Shown: positions 20,297 through 31,311, counted from the stretch's first letter. The stretch: 64,000 nt of DNA from Polyangiaceae bacterium (GCA_050287085.1 JBNKBE010000002.1:288001-352000), one strand, 5' to 3'. Notes: generated by a model not told the origin, from the sequence alone. Numbers and translations are program-made.

Positions 20297-20405
20297 GGGG
20301 GCGGATGGACAAAGGGCTACGGGACTCGTGGAGCTAACTTCGGGACACCCGAATTTGCCACAGTTTCTCGGAGCTGACGGGCGATTTTTGCTAGCCTAGG
20401 CCGCG

Positions 20406-22118
20406 ATGAAGCATCGCCTAACTGCTTTTTGCCGCGCGGCTCTGGCCGCCACTTGTTTTTCGACCCTGGTGTTGAGCGGTTCCCCGGCCCGTGCGTTTCC
20501 CGGGGTCTTCGCCGGCAAGACGGCGGCCCAATTGACGAGTCGCGCCACCCAGGTGGTGGTCATGAAGAACGGCAAGCACAGCGTGGTCACCGTCATGACC
20601 GACTACGAGGGACCCATGATGCCCTTTGCTTTGGTGCTGCCGGTGCCGGCAGACGTCGATGCCGCGCAGGTCAAGGTGCTCAAACGGGCGGACATCGAGC
20701 GACTCGAGGAGCTGACGGCCCCGCGTTTTCACGAGTTCTGGGAGATGGACCCGTGTGAGGCCGGCGAGACGCAACAGGTTTGGGAGCGGAACCTCAAGGC
20801 CAGTGCTGGCTCTGACTTTCTCGGTGGGGGCGACATGTTCAAGTCCAGCGAGAAGGTGCCGAAGGAGATGAAGATCAGCGTCGAGCCCAGTTTTCGGGAC
20901 GACGCCGAATACAAGCTTTCGGTGGTCAAGAACAATGTGGACACGTGGCTGGCGAAGAAGGGCTACAAATTGCCCGCCGGCTCGGCTGAGAAGCTGAAGG
21001 GTCATCCGGGAGCCTTCATCGTTGCGGTCGTCGATCCGCGCCAGGTCGAGTTGGGACCTACGGGAGGAGCCATGTTGTCCCCTATTCGCTACGCGACCGA
21101 TGCAGATGTTGAGATTCAGTCAACATTTGGGCTCGCCAATGCGGATCGACCACAGGAGTTGATCATCTACGTGCTGGACAAGGAGTCCCGCTACGAGGCG
21201 GCCAACTACGAAAATGCCTTTCCGCCCACGAACGTGCGTGTCGACTTTGCTGCAAAGGAACGCATGTCTGATTTCTACGCCAACCTGCACGACAAGATTC
21301 TGTTGAAGAACGGAAAGGCCGTCCTGACCGAATACGCTTGGTCGACGGCGGATTGCGGACAGCCTTGCCCTGATGCTCCATTGCACTTGAGCGAGCACCT
21401 GACGCTGGGCGGCGACGTTTTCGAGTCCTACCTGGACGACGCGGTGCGGAATCCGAAGCCGCCAGCGCGAAGCGATGAAGAGCAGAAGGCGTACGAGGCC
21501 GCCGACAAAGATGAGAAGAAGCGTCTCGACGCGCTTGTCAAAGAAGTCGCGCGTCGCAAGGCGCTGATCGAGCGCCAGGGTGAATACGTTCTCACGCGTC
21601 TGCATCATCGCTACACGGCGGCGACCCTTCCTGCCGATATCAAGTTGAAGCCCGCGGGAGCGCTTGCGGCTGGAGTAGAGGCGCCCCAAGGACCGGATGG
21701 CACGTTGCCTCCGGGGCAACAGACATCCGAGCACAACCAGGTACAAACCCGGTTCTACTTTCTCCACGAAAACAAGGCGGTCGTAAAGTGTGACAATCCG
21801 CAGCGCTACCGCTGGGGTAAGCCGCCACGGACGTACCGCGGGGCGCGGAAAGTGTGGATCGCCAATCAGCTGGCATTTCGGGACCGCAAGCGGGTCAAAG
21901 CGGAGGAGCTCGTGTGGACCGACATTCCATCGCTTGGCCTGAGCAGCAAGGCGCCCAATAGTGCGCCGGAGCCCGCGGCCAAGGTGAGTGAGCAGTCCAA
22001 GACGGACGACGGGGGGTGTTCCTTGTCTGGTTATCTAGTGTCGTCGCATAGTCCTCGCGTGCCATGGCTGCTCGCGGTTCCCTTGCTCGCGCGGCTCCTG
22101 CGCCGTCGTCGTCGCTAG
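20406..22118 (+). CDS. DUF2330 domain protein with MYXO-CTERM-like tail
   Basis: Signal peptide, FALVLPVP, TAPRFHEFWEMDPC and LTRLHHRY motifs; C-terminal GGCS, hydrophobic stretch and RRRRR. Confidence 0.85.
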   Translation: MKHRLTAFCRAALAATCFSTLVLSGSPARAFPGVFAGKTAAQLTSRATQVVVMKNGKHSVVTVMTDYEGPMMPFALVLPVPADVDAAQVKVLKRADIERLEELTAPRFHEFWEMDPCEAGETQQVWERNLKASAGSDFLGGGDMFKSSEKVPKEMKISVEPSFRDDAEYKLSVVKNNVDTWLAKKGYKLPAGSAEKLKGHPGAFIVAVVDPRQVELGPTGGAMLSPIRYATDADVEIQSTFGLANADRPQELIIYVLDKESRYEAANYENAFPPTNVRVDFAAKERMSDFYANLHDKILLKNGKAVLTEYAWSTADCGQPCPDAPLHLSEHLTLGGDVFESYLDDAVRNPKPPARSDEEQKAYEAADKDEKKRLDALVKEVARRKALIERQGEYVLTRLHHRYTAATLPADIKLKPAGALAAGVEAPQGPDGTLPPGQQTSEHNQVQTRFYFLHENKAVVKCDNPQRYRWGKPPRTYRGARKVWIANQLAFRDRKRVKAEELVWTDIPSLGLSSKAPNSAPEPAAKVSEQSKTDDGGCSLSGYLVSSHSPRVPWLLAVPLLARLLRRRRR

Positions 22119-22262
22119 CTCAGGTGACGCGCGGCCTCGGCGACGGGGGACCGCCGCTGGGGTCGATTCTGGGAGGCGGCGGGGGCGTGTTCTCTGAGGG
22201 GGTGAGCCGACCGCAGCTTTTACGGTCGGTTGAGTTCCGGTTTCACGCTATAAGCCGGGAGG

Positions 22263-24104
22263 ATGTCGACGGAGGGGCAAGTCCAGATCCTGGCTCGCCA
22301 ACTTGAGCGAACGTTTGCCCGACTGCCCGCGGTCTTGGCGGCGTTTCCATTGGTCGGGATCTGCACTTGGTTGCCGCTACGACGTTACGTGCCCGTCTGG
22401 GTCTTCGTCGGGTGGCTGCTCACCCTTTGCGCGGTCGCCATCGGGGGCTTGATGATGGGACGGGTCTTCGCGCGCGAGATCCGACCAGACCTCCTTCGCT
22501 GGCAGCGTTGGCGTGTCATTGCGGCGGCGGTCAATGGGCTTGTGTGGGGTGGGTTCTTGGCTACGGCGCTGTTCATCCCGGGTGACGCATTACGTCAGAC
22601 CTTTGTGTTGTTCGTTGTCGGGGGCACGTCTGTGACGGCGTTGGCCAGCTCGAGCAGCCACGCGCCATCGCTCTACACCTTCCAGGTGACGAACTTGCTT
22701 CCGATAACGAGCCGACTGATCGTTGAAGGAACCGAGCCGAGCTATGCGATGGCTGGGCTTACCGTTCTCTTCTTGGTCGTGCTACTCGGTATAGGTTCCC
22801 GTACCGCTCGTAGTGAGATTGAGCTACTGCGGGCACAGAGTTCGAACGAAGCTCTGATGGAAGACCTCCGCACAGCCCATGCCAGGCTGGAAGTTGCCAA
22901 TCAGGAACTCACGGAACGCGTTGCGGCGCGGACCCGAGACCTGACCCGGGCGCTTGCTGAAAAGGAGCAGAAAGAGGCGCAATTGAGGCAGGCCGAGCGC
23001 ATGGAGGCGGTGGGGCGTCTGGCGGGCGGCGTGGCTCACGACTTCAACAACATCATGACAAGCGTCGCAGGCTTCGCGGGACTCATCTACGAGTCACTGC
23101 CGGTTGGGGATGAACGACGCGAAGACCTCGAGGAAATTCTCGACGCGGCGGAGCGCGCTTCGCAACTGACGCACCGGCTGCTGGGTTTCGCCAAGGGAGG
23201 GCTCGCGCGTCCCGAGCCGACGGAGCTCGTCGCACACCTGATCAAATTGGGGAGGATGCTTGCGCGGGTGGTTCCGGACAATGTCGAACTTTGCTGGCAG
23301 TTGCCCGATGCTGAGGTGTGGGTGTTCATCGATCCTGTGCAGCTCGATCAGTTGGTCATGAACTTGGTCGTCAACGCCAAAGAGGCTCAGCCAGATGGGG
23401 GGCGGATTGTGGTGTCCGTCTCCTCGGAGTCCTCGCTGTCGCCCGAGGCGGAGCCGGCAGCGATGGCCAAGATCGAGGTTAGCGACGACGGGCCCGGGAT
23501 CCCACCGTCCATTCTGGGGCGCATCTTTGAACCGTTTTTCACCTCCAAGGGAGCGCAGGGGACCGGGTTCGGTCTGGCCACCTGTTTTGGTATCGTCCAG
23601 CGCGCTGGAGGCAGCATTCGGGTGTTCAATCGGCCACCTCACGGAGCGTCTTTTGTAGCTTCGTTGCCGCTCTCGCTCCGAGGTCCCACACCGCCGGTGG
23701 AGTTGCCCTTGACCTCGCCTGCGGCGCCCCGGCCCAATGCCGCGACGGTCTTGGTGGTCGAAGATGAAGAAGCCATTCGCACGATTATCGAACGGGTTCT
23801 CATGTCCCAAGGGTGTCAGGTATTGCTTTCCAGCTCCGCTGAGCACGCCCTTGCGCTGCTGGCTCATCAGGAGCCGGCTCTGGTCATTAGCGACGTAGGA
23901 CTGCCAGGGATCAGCGGACTGGAACTGCGTGAGGCGGCTCGCAAGCGCGGCCTCAGCGTTCCGTTCCTGTTCATCTCGGGCTACATGGACCCCGAAAGCC
24001 TGAGCGAGCAGTCCGCGGCGGAACCCCTAAGTCTACTGACAAAGCCGTTTTCGCCGGCTCAACTCTTGGCTGCTGTGCATCATGAGCTTGAGCCGCGGGA
24101 GTGA
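22263..24104 (+). CDS. Hybrid membrane sensor histidine kinase/response regulator
   Basis: 5-6 TM helices, AHDFNN H-box, N box, DDGPG, FEPFFT, GTGFGL and C-terminal receiver domain. Confidence 0.95.
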   Translation: MSTEGQVQILARQLERTFARLPAVLAAFPLVGICTWLPLRRYVPVWVFVGWLLTLCAVAIGGLMMGRVFAREIRPDLLRWQRWRVIAAAVNGLVWGGFLATALFIPGDALRQTFVLFVVGGTSVTALASSSSHAPSLYTFQVTNLLPITSRLIVEGTEPSYAMAGLTVLFLVVLLGIGSRTARSEIELLRAQSSNEALMEDLRTAHARLEVANQELTERVAARTRDLTRALAEKEQKEAQLRQAERMEAVGRLAGGVAHDFNNIMTSVAGFAGLIYESLPVGDERREDLEEILDAAERASQLTHRLLGFAKGGLARPEPTELVAHLIKLGRMLARVVPDNVELCWQLPDAEVWVFIDPVQLDQLVMNLVVNAKEAQPDGGRIVVSVSSESSLSPEAEPAAMAKIEVSDDGPGIPPSILGRIFEPFFTSKGAQGTGFGLATCFGIVQRAGGSIRVFNRPPHGASFVASLPLSLRGPTPPVELPLTSPAAPRPNAATVLVVEDEEAIRTIIERVLMSQGCQVLLSSSAEHALALLAHQEPALVISDVGLPGISGLELREAARKRGLSVPFLFISGYMDPESLSEQSAAEPLSLLTKPFSPAQLLAAVHHELEPRE

Positions 24105-24124
24105 ACTGCTGCATCGGGGAGCTG

Positions 24125-26416
24125 TCAGTCGACGAGTTCAAAGGAGCTCACCAGCAGATCGCTCTCGTCCGAACTGCCGCCAACCAAGACTTCGAATGTG
24201 CCAAGTTCAATGCGCGCCAGGCCGTCAGGGCCGGGGAAAGATAGGTCTTCGCCCTGGAGACTGAAGTGCAGGGTGGCGCTCTCGCCAGGCTCCAGGTGGG
24301 TGCGTGCGAAGCGCTTGAGGAGGCGGTCAGGCGTGCTCAAGGTGGTGTATAGGTCTCGGAGGTAGAGCTGGGTGATCTCTGTTCCCGCGCGCTCACCAAC
24401 GTTGGTAACGCGCACACTGAGCCGAATCTCGCCGAGGGCTTCGTGGCTGACGCGCAAGCGGGCGGCGGCCGCGCTGTCCACCCTTCGCGGCGCGGGTGCG
24501 CTTCCGCTGCGTCGCGTCAGCGCCGGCGCGTCCGGGTCGGTCGTTTCGACCGAGCTAAGACAGAGGTGATCGTACTGGAAGCGAGTGTAGCTAAGACCGA
24601 AGCCAAACGGGTACAGGGGGCTGTCGTCGTAGCTGAGGTGTTTGTTGCCGTGCCAGCCGGGGATCTGCTGATAGTAGACGGGCAGCGCGCCCACAGTCTT
24701 GGGAAACGAGACGGTGAGCTTCCCGCTCGGATTGAGTTCTCCGAACAATGCATCGGCGATAGCCGTGCCTCCGCACATGCCGGGGTTGAACGCCTCCAAG
24801 ATCGCGCAGGCCGCATCTGCGACTGGGCCAAGGCAGAGTGGCTTGCTGTTGATGAGGACCGCAATCACAGGTGTGCCCGTTTCCAACAGCGTTTGAATGA
24901 GCGGGAGCTGACTGCCGCTCAGGTCGAGGTCCGAGCGGTCGCATTCCTCACCGATGAGTTCGAGCGTATCCCCCAGCACAACTATCGCCACATCGGCGTC
25001 CGACGCAATTTGAGCGGCTGCCGCGAGTTCCGACCGATCGTCTTTGAGTACGTCGCAACCTCGCACATAGTCCAGTGTCAGCCCCCGCTCGTGACACGCT
25101 TTGGCCATGGCGTCGCGTACCGTCACGATGCTCGTGCGTGGATGCCCCCCGGTTTCGAAGTCAGCTTGTCCGCTGCCGAAGGACCAGTCACCGAGCTGGG
25201 CTAGCGGGTCGTCGGCGTTCGCACCCAGCAGCGCGATGCGACGGATTCCGGAGCCGAGGGGGAGTATCGGCTCATTGCCGGGTTGGCTCGGCCCGTTCTT
25301 GAGCAGCACCAGGGACGCAGCGGCTGCTGCAGATAGCGCCACGCGGTGTTCATCGCAGCCAACAACTTCGGGGACGCGATCGAATTCCGGATAGCGCTTG
25401 TCGTCGAACAAGCCGAGCGCGAACTTCTGAGTGAGGACACGGCGACAGGCTTCTTCAATATCGGCCCCGACCAGCGCGCCTCGCTCGACCGCTCGAAGAG
25501 CCGCGTCGTAGAAGTCGGGAGTGCACATGATCATGTCGTTGCCGGCCTTGAGTGAAGGGGGCGTGGCCTCATCGATATTGGGGTAAAGCCTCTGCTGCGT
25601 CACGGTTCGTCCGACGTTGTTCCAGTCCGTCACGACGAAGCCTTCGAAACCCCACTCGTCTCGCAGGAGGTCGGTGAGCAGCCAGCGGTTGACAACGCAG
25701 CTGACGCCGTCGATGCATTGATAGGCTGTCATGAAGGTCCGACATCCCGCGCGGGCGACCCGTTGAAACGGAGGGAGGAAGGTGGCTCTCAGCTTGCGCT
25801 TGCTGAGGTCGGCCTCCGTTGCGTCCTTGCCCCCGACCGTTTCGGAGTACCCAGCGTAGTGCTTTGCGCACGCAAGCACCGAATCAGGCGCGGCCAGGTC
25901 GCTTCCTTGATAACCCTCTACCAGCGCTGCCCCGAGCTCGCCGATGAGGTAGGCGTCCTCACCGAAGGTTTCGCCCACTCGGCCCCAGCGCAGATCGCGC
26001 GTGATGCATAACACCGGCGAAAAAGTCCAGTGCATCCCCGTAACAGCCATTTCTCGTGCGGTGACGCGGCCCATGTCGCGCATCCGCTCTGGATCCCACG
26101 AACACGAGAGCGCAAGCTGGGTTGGAAATACCGATGCTCCTGGCCAAAAGCCGTGACCGTGAATGGCGTCGATCCCAAAGATCAGGGGGATGCCAAAGCC
26201 AACTTGTTCGGCGAGACGCTGTAGCTCGATGGTGGGCTCTCCCAGCAGATGAAGAAACGAGCCAGCGCGTTCGGTACGAACTTGCTCCTCGGCGCGCTGG
26301 CGTCCGTCTGCCTGTACGAGCTGACCGAGCTGCTGGCGAAGCGACATCCGCGCGAGAAGGTCCCGTACTCGGTCGTCGGTGGAAAGCGTGCGTTGTTGAT
26401 AGGGAAATCGAGGCAT
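24125..26416 (-). CDS. Glycoside hydrolase family 3 (beta-glucosidase/xylosidase)
   Basis: DAIHG, RWGRVGETFGED, KHYAGY, VVTDW and PFGFGLSY motifs plus an Fn3-like tail; no signal peptide seen. Confidence 0.95.
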   Translation of the reverse strand: MPRFPYQQRTLSTDDRVRDLLARMSLRQQLGQLVQADGRQRAEEQVRTERAGSFLHLLGEPTIELQRLAEQVGFGIPLIFGIDAIHGHGFWPGASVFPTQLALSCSWDPERMRDMGRVTAREMAVTGMHWTFSPVLCITRDLRWGRVGETFGEDAYLIGELGAALVEGYQGSDLAAPDSVLACAKHYAGYSETVGGKDATEADLSKRKLRATFLPPFQRVARAGCRTFMTAYQCIDGVSCVVNRWLLTDLLRDEWGFEGFVVTDWNNVGRTVTQQRLYPNIDEATPPSLKAGNDMIMCTPDFYDAALRAVERGALVGADIEEACRRVLTQKFALGLFDDKRYPEFDRVPEVVGCDEHRVALSAAAAASLVLLKNGPSQPGNEPILPLGSGIRRIALLGANADDPLAQLGDWSFGSGQADFETGGHPRTSIVTVRDAMAKACHERGLTLDYVRGCDVLKDDRSELAAAAQIASDADVAIVVLGDTLELIGEECDRSDLDLSGSQLPLIQTLLETGTPVIAVLINSKPLCLGPVADAACAILEAFNPGMCGGTAIADALFGELNPSGKLTVSFPKTVGALPVYYQQIPGWHGNKHLSYDDSPLYPFGFGLSYTRFQYDHLCLSSVETTDPDAPALTRRSGSAPAPRRVDSAAAARLRVSHEALGEIRLSVRVTNVGERAGTEITQLYLRDLYTTLSTPDRLLKRFARTHLEPGESATLHFSLQGEDLSFPGPDGLARIELGTFEVLVGGSSDESDLLVSSFELVD

Positions 26417-26499
26417 AGGTCGGGCACTCGCTTCTTAGGGCTGGACTCAATGGGTCGAGTAGTGGGCGTCGGTGACATCCCGTGACGCGGGGGAAGCCG

Positions 26500-27645
26500 T
26501 CAATCCAAAAACGGATCGCTTACGCCGCGCGACGTGGCGAATAGAAGGCGAAAGGCATCACGCGCCACCTCATTGGCCCGCTTGCGCCACACTTTGCCGT
26601 TCTGAAGCATCACCGTTACGGCATACCGAGGTTTGCGACTTGGAGCAAAGCCTGTAAACCAGCTTGTCATCGGCGCACCCCGTTCAGCGCGGAGCGTTCC
26701 AGTTTTTCCAGCCACACGGACGGAGCCGAGGTAGCTGCGCCCTTCCGGACTGGTGAAGGCATCGAGCGAAGTGCCGCTGTGTACGGTCACCTCCATCATG
26801 CGGGTGAGTCTCCACGCCGTGTTGGCGCTCATCACGCGTTGCAGCGGCTCTCCAGGGGGATCGTCTTCAAGAATGCCCATGCGATGGGCAACCCCCCCTT
26901 TGGCGATGGCATAGGTGACGTGCAGAGCACCCAAAGGCGTGAACCGGCTGCCCACAAAGCCCGCCGCCGCCCGAGCGAACTCGAGGTCGTTGTAGGGCAG
27001 TTCCAACGTGCCTACCTGTGCGGCCACCGGAAACGGCAAGGCGTGGTTGAATCCCAGTCTCTCCGCGACGGTGATGAGCTGGTCACGCATCAAATGCTCG
27101 AAGGCCAATTGAGCGTAAACCGCGTTACGGCTGTAGCCCAGGGCGGTCAGGAAGGGCGCGCAACGGGCGTCTCGGGGTAGGGGGGGCGTCAGGTGTTCGC
27201 GCTCGATGCGGTGTTCACCACCACGGAAGCAAACGACGCTCTTGGGGGTGATCGGAGTGTGTTCGAATAGGGCCGCCGTCGTGATCATCTTGAACAGACT
27301 GGCTGCCGGTACGTAGCTCGTCGCCGGGGGCTCGGGCGCAGCCCCGCGTCGTCGGTATTCCGCGAGCGCCAGCAGTTGGCCGGTCTCTAGGTCGAGGACC
27401 AGCACCACCCCGGATAGGGGGCGGGCCCGTTCAAGCAGCCGAAGCGCGTCGTGTTGTAGGGTGGGCTGCAGCGTGAGTGTGGACGACCCTCCCCCTGTGA
27501 GTTGCGCCGTCACTCGGCGGCCCTCGTTTGCGATGGCAATGCTGCTCAATTCCAGCAACGGCGCATCGGCTGCGGGGGCTGCTGCTGGCACTTGGCATAG
27601 AGCACCGAGCAGGAGCCACTTCCAGCGCTGACGCATCGCTCGCAC
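26500..27645 (-). CDS. Penicillin-binding protein, transpeptidase domain only
   Basis: SxxK (SLFK), SxN (SRN) and KTG motifs; signal peptide. Start is GTG 27645 or ATG 27636. Confidence 0.88.
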   Translation of the reverse strand: MRAMRQRWKWLLLGALCQVPAAAPAADAPLLELSSIAIANEGRRVTAQLTGGGSSTLTLQPTLQHDALRLLERARPLSGVVLVLDLETGQLLALAEYRRRGAAPEPPATSYVPAASLFKMITTAALFEHTPITPKSVVCFRGGEHRIEREHLTPPLPRDARCAPFLTALGYSRNAVYAQLAFEHLMRDQLITVAERLGFNHALPFPVAAQVGTLELPYNDLEFARAAAGFVGSRFTPLGALHVTYAIAKGGVAHRMGILEDDPPGEPLQRVMSANTAWRLTRMMEVTVHSGTSLDAFTSPEGRSYLGSVRVAGKTGTLRAERGAPMTSWFTGFAPSRKPRYAVTVMLQNGKVWRKRANEVARDAFRLLFATSRGVSDPFLD

Positions 27646-27746
27646 CCGCGTCACGTTAGACGCCTGGTGGATACGGGCCAAGAATCGAGCCGGAAAGCTT
27701 GCCGAGAAGTTGGCCCGGTGACAGCCCCTGCCCACAGTCGTGGGCC

Positions 27747-28658
27747 ATGCAGCGAGCCAGGAGTGCTTTACGGTTGAGTCACCGCGTGTGGGTGTGGGCC
27801 TTGTCACCGCTGGCGACCGCGTGTCTCGTTCCGAAGTCTCAGCTTGAACAAGCCCAGGCCCGCTACCAGGACGAAGTGACGGCTCACGCCGCCAGCCAAC
27901 GCCAACTGGCCTGGACCAACGCTCATTTGCACGAAACACGTCGTACGGTGGCTGTGCTCGAGGAAAGCGCGCGAGGGAGCGGAGAAGAGCTGCGGGCCAC
28001 GCAGCAGTCGTTGGCCGCGACTGAGTTTCAGGTCGAGCGTTCCGAGCAAGCAGGGCTTGAGGCGCATCAACTCGTGGAGCAGCTGACGCAGGACTTGCAC
28101 CGCACTGGGCGCCACGTTCGCGAGTTGGTTGCGGAACGGGACGGATTGCTAGCAGAACGCGACGCCTTGGCCGCGCACGGCCAGCACAGTCGCCGCGTTC
28201 CTAGCGCTGCCGAATTGGTGGACCTCACCTTGGCCTTGAGGGCGGGCCTCGAAAGTCGCGCGGTCATCGCCACTGATCTCGACGATGGGCTCGAACTGAC
28301 TTTCTCACAGCGCGCGCTGTTTCGGACGTCCACAGGGACTGAGCTATCCAAGCCGGGTGAGCGCTTGTTGAGCGCGATGGGTGAGGTACTGGCGTCCTGG
28401 TCGTACGGCATCACGCTGGTCTCACCGTCGGGGGGCAATCCGAAGCGCGCTGCCGTCGTGTCGAGCCGACTGGCGTCTGCTGGCATCGTCCAAGACAGAA
28501 TTCATATCGCTTCGCCTCCGAGCGAGGAAGACTGTGACCTCGCGCTACGCATCGCCGTGACGCCGCCAGCCGCGGCACTTTCCACTTCGACAAACGCTTC
28601 GTCCACCGAAGCCGCGACGACACAACCTGCGGCTACTAGTTCGCCACAGGCGCCCTAG
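27747..28658 (+). CDS. Coiled-coil lipoprotein with degenerate OmpA/MotB-like C-domain
   Basis: Lipobox ATAC, long coiled coil, LF...ELS..G and RAAVV...AGIVQDRI; lacks the GHTD motif. Confidence 0.6.
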   Translation: MQRARSALRLSHRVWVWALSPLATACLVPKSQLEQAQARYQDEVTAHAASQRQLAWTNAHLHETRRTVAVLEESARGSGEELRATQQSLAATEFQVERSEQAGLEAHQLVEQLTQDLHRTGRHVRELVAERDGLLAERDALAAHGQHSRRVPSAAELVDLTLALRAGLESRAVIATDLDDGLELTFSQRALFRTSTGTELSKPGERLLSAMGEVLASWSYGITLVSPSGGNPKRAAVVSSRLASAGIVQDRIHIASPPSEEDCDLALRIAVTPPAAALSTSTNASSTEAATTQPAATSSPQAP

Positions 28659-28727
28659 CGCATGCTGGACCGTTGCGCTGATCCCTATGCCGAAAGCGTC
28701 TCGACCCATGTCTTGCGCCACCTGCAC

Positions 28728-30548
28728 TCAGTCGTCTGCGCTCGCTTGCGGTGGTGGCCCAGGGGGGGACGCCCCGGGGGGCGTCGGCCGCGCCTGAACC
28801 CCGGGGGGACGCGCCGGGCTCGACGCTGGAAGCGCCCCAGCGTCCGCTGCCTCCAGGTTGGCCGGAAGCTTGGCGATTGGACCCTCGGGAGCACGTTGCA
28901 ATGGGCCACCAGCGTCGGGTATTGGCGGGAGCGTGAGGGCGCCTGGTTCGCTTTCCTCCCCAGCGCTTGGCTCGGGCGGAGGACCGGGAATACGTGGCTC
29001 TTTGGGCGCTGGCGCGGGTTTGGCTCGCGCATCGCGAGCGTCGGCCAGCGTGTTGCTTTCCGGCAATAGGGTGACCGTGCGCGGGGGGCCGGCGGCGGTT
29101 GTGGTCGGCGGCGCCAAGTCCAAGCGAATACCCGGATCCCGCTGCAGCGACACGGCCAGACGGGTCTGCTTCCCATCCACAAGAACACGGGCCGTCTGGA
29201 AGCCTTCACGACGCACGCTGAGCGTCATCGCTTTGCCGTCTGGCACGACCACCCGCAGCGGCATCATGCCCAGGTCTCGGTCCCCTTGAAATAGGTGGGC
29301 GTCAATCGGTGAGAGAACAACGTCGACCACAGCGTGCTCAGGTGCTTGTCTAGCGCGCCACCAAGTAGTCCATGCCGGCCACTGAAGCACAACACCCCCA
29401 GCCAGCAGCGCGACAACGAAGAGCGCCAGGAGCCTAGTTCGCGGGCTTCCGTTGCGGGGGGGCGCTTGCCCCGAGTGTTCCCGCGGTCGCAGCGTTTCCG
29501 CCGGCACCTGGGTCATCGCTACCGAGTTGCCGGTCGCGGCGACTCGGCTCAGGTCGGATTGCAGCTCCGACATGGTTGCGTACCGCTCTTCGGGGGCCTT
29601 TGATAGGCACTTGTGCACCACGGCGGCGAGGCCACGCGATACGTCTGGAGCCAGCGAACGCAGCGGGGCCGGCTCCGCATAGATATGTTGAGACAAGACC
29701 GCCAGCGCGTTGTCTCCAACGAAGGGCAAGCGCCCGGTCAGGCATTGGTAGAGGATCACGCCAAGAGCGTACACATCCGTCCGATGGTCCACCGGCTTGC
29801 CGCTCGCTTGCTCCGGCGACATGTAGTAGGGCGTGCCAACCACCTTGCCCTCACGCGTGCGCGCGTTCTCGGCGCTGGCTACCTTGGCGATGCCGAAGTC
29901 GAGAACTTTGACGAAGCTTTCGCTACCACGTCGCTTCAGAAAGACGTTATCCGGCTTCAGGTCGCGGTGAATGATGCTTGCGCCATGAGCGGCTTGCAAG
30001 GCGCCAGCAATCTGCAAGCTCAAGCTGAGCGTCTCTGTTTCGCTCAGGCGTTCTTGACGTTCGAGCCGCTGACCGAGCGATTCGCCGTCCAAGAACTCCA
30101 TGACGATGAACGTTGCGCCGCTTGGGAGCCGACCGAAGTCGTTGATATCGATGATGTGCTCACTGCCGATCGCTGAGGCAGCTTGGGCCTCGGTCAGAAA
30201 GCGCTGCAGTACCTCCGCATTGGCGAGATACTCCGGGCGCAACACCTTGATAGCAACGTCCTTGTCGATGATCGCGTGCCGAGCGCGATAGACGACGCCC
30301 ATGCCGCCTTCGGCGATGCGCGCGACGATACGGTATCGGCCGTCTAGCAGCGCACCTAAGAGATCATCATCGCCGCCCTCTAGCTTTTCGCGCCACCCCG
30401 ATTCCGTCCCTGCGTTGAGCAGAACTTCGGTGGCGGCAAAAGAGGGGGAGCCGGGGAGAGAGCCCGCCACGCCGGTGTCATCGACAGCATGTTCTGTCGG
30501 CGCGTCCGAGAGAATGGCCTCTGGCTCAGGATCTGTGGGTTCGGACAT
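28728..30548 (-). CDS. Transmembrane Ser/Thr protein kinase with PEGA-like and Pro-rich extracytoplasmic part
   Basis: GGMGVVY, VAIK, HRDLKPDN, DFG, GTPYYMSPE and DVYALG motifs, followed by a TM helix. Confidence 0.95.
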   Translation of the reverse strand: MSEPTDPEPEAILSDAPTEHAVDDTGVAGSLPGSPSFAATEVLLNAGTESGWREKLEGGDDDLLGALLDGRYRIVARIAEGGMGVVYRARHAIIDKDVAIKVLRPEYLANAEVLQRFLTEAQAASAIGSEHIIDINDFGRLPSGATFIVMEFLDGESLGQRLERQERLSETETLSLSLQIAGALQAAHGASIIHRDLKPDNVFLKRRGSESFVKVLDFGIAKVASAENARTREGKVVGTPYYMSPEQASGKPVDHRTDVYALGVILYQCLTGRLPFVGDNALAVLSQHIYAEPAPLRSLAPDVSRGLAAVVHKCLSKAPEERYATMSELQSDLSRVAATGNSVAMTQVPAETLRPREHSGQAPPRNGSPRTRLLALFVVALLAGGVVLQWPAWTTWWRARQAPEHAVVDVVLSPIDAHLFQGDRDLGMMPLRVVVPDGKAMTLSVRREGFQTARVLVDGKQTRLAVSLQRDPGIRLDLAPPTTTAAGPPRTVTLLPESNTLADARDARAKPAPAPKEPRIPGPPPEPSAGEESEPGALTLPPIPDAGGPLQRAPEGPIAKLPANLEAADAGALPASSPARPPGVQARPTPPGASPPGPPPQASADD

Positions 30549-30613
30549 CGCCACTCCGTCTGCTTGAAGCCAAGGACTTGCAGCAGCTCTACTCTCTGGG
30601 CAACAATTCCGTG

Positions 30614-31204
30614 ATGAGCTACGGCAGAAAGCTGACAATGGCCATGGTCCTGGTAGGGCTTCTGGGGGCCTGCGAGCGGACCCCCGGCCAGGCGACGCCA
30701 CAAGCTGTGACAGCCCGAGCCAGACCCCAGGAGCGAACGCTGTCTTTTGTGCCTCGGGCCAGTCGGCCAGAGGTGTTGTCCCCTGGCTCAGCGCCGCGCT
30801 CAAGCGCGGTCGCGAGCGCGAGGGCAACCCCCCTCTGGCTTCGCGCTCGAACGCGAGATCCCGCTGCGCTTGCTCGTTTGGCCGAGGAGGAAGGGGGGGC
30901 CTCTCTGGTCCGCATCACCCAAGAAGGGGGCGAGGACGGCCACATCGCGTTGCTGGCGCTGCCGTTGGCTACCGACGCCCTCGCGTACGCGGGCGCGCTC
31001 TGTCAGCTGCTCCCCCGCGTCGTGCTCGGCGAGCGATGGAAAGTGCTGCAAGCGCTCTCAGAGCTTTTGGCTCGCGAGCGGCTGGGAGAGCTCGCGGAGC
31101 TTCACACGGCGCGTCAACGGTGTGAAGCTCCCCTGCGCAGTCTGGAGCCTCCGCTGAGTCCACAAAGCTCCGACTTTCGGTCGGTGGCTCTGGCGTATCT
31201 TTAG
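30614..31204 (+). CDS. Hypothetical lipoprotein
   Basis: Lipobox LGAC and helical body; fills the gap between two confident genes. Confidence 0.6.
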   Translation: MSYGRKLTMAMVLVGLLGACERTPGQATPQAVTARARPQERTLSFVPRASRPEVLSPGSAPRSSAVASARATPLWLRARTRDPAALARLAEEEGGASLVRITQEGGEDGHIALLALPLATDALAYAGALCQLLPRVVLGERWKVLQALSELLARERLGELAELHTARQRCEAPLRSLEPPLSPQSSDFRSVALAYL

Positions 31205-31311
31205 GCGGGAGGCGGCGACGTTCCGACGAGCTTGGGGCTGTACTGGTCGGGACGTTGGGGGATCGAGGGTACAAATGTGGCCAAGCGGGACTTCCAGGCT
31301 AGGCTTCTCCC

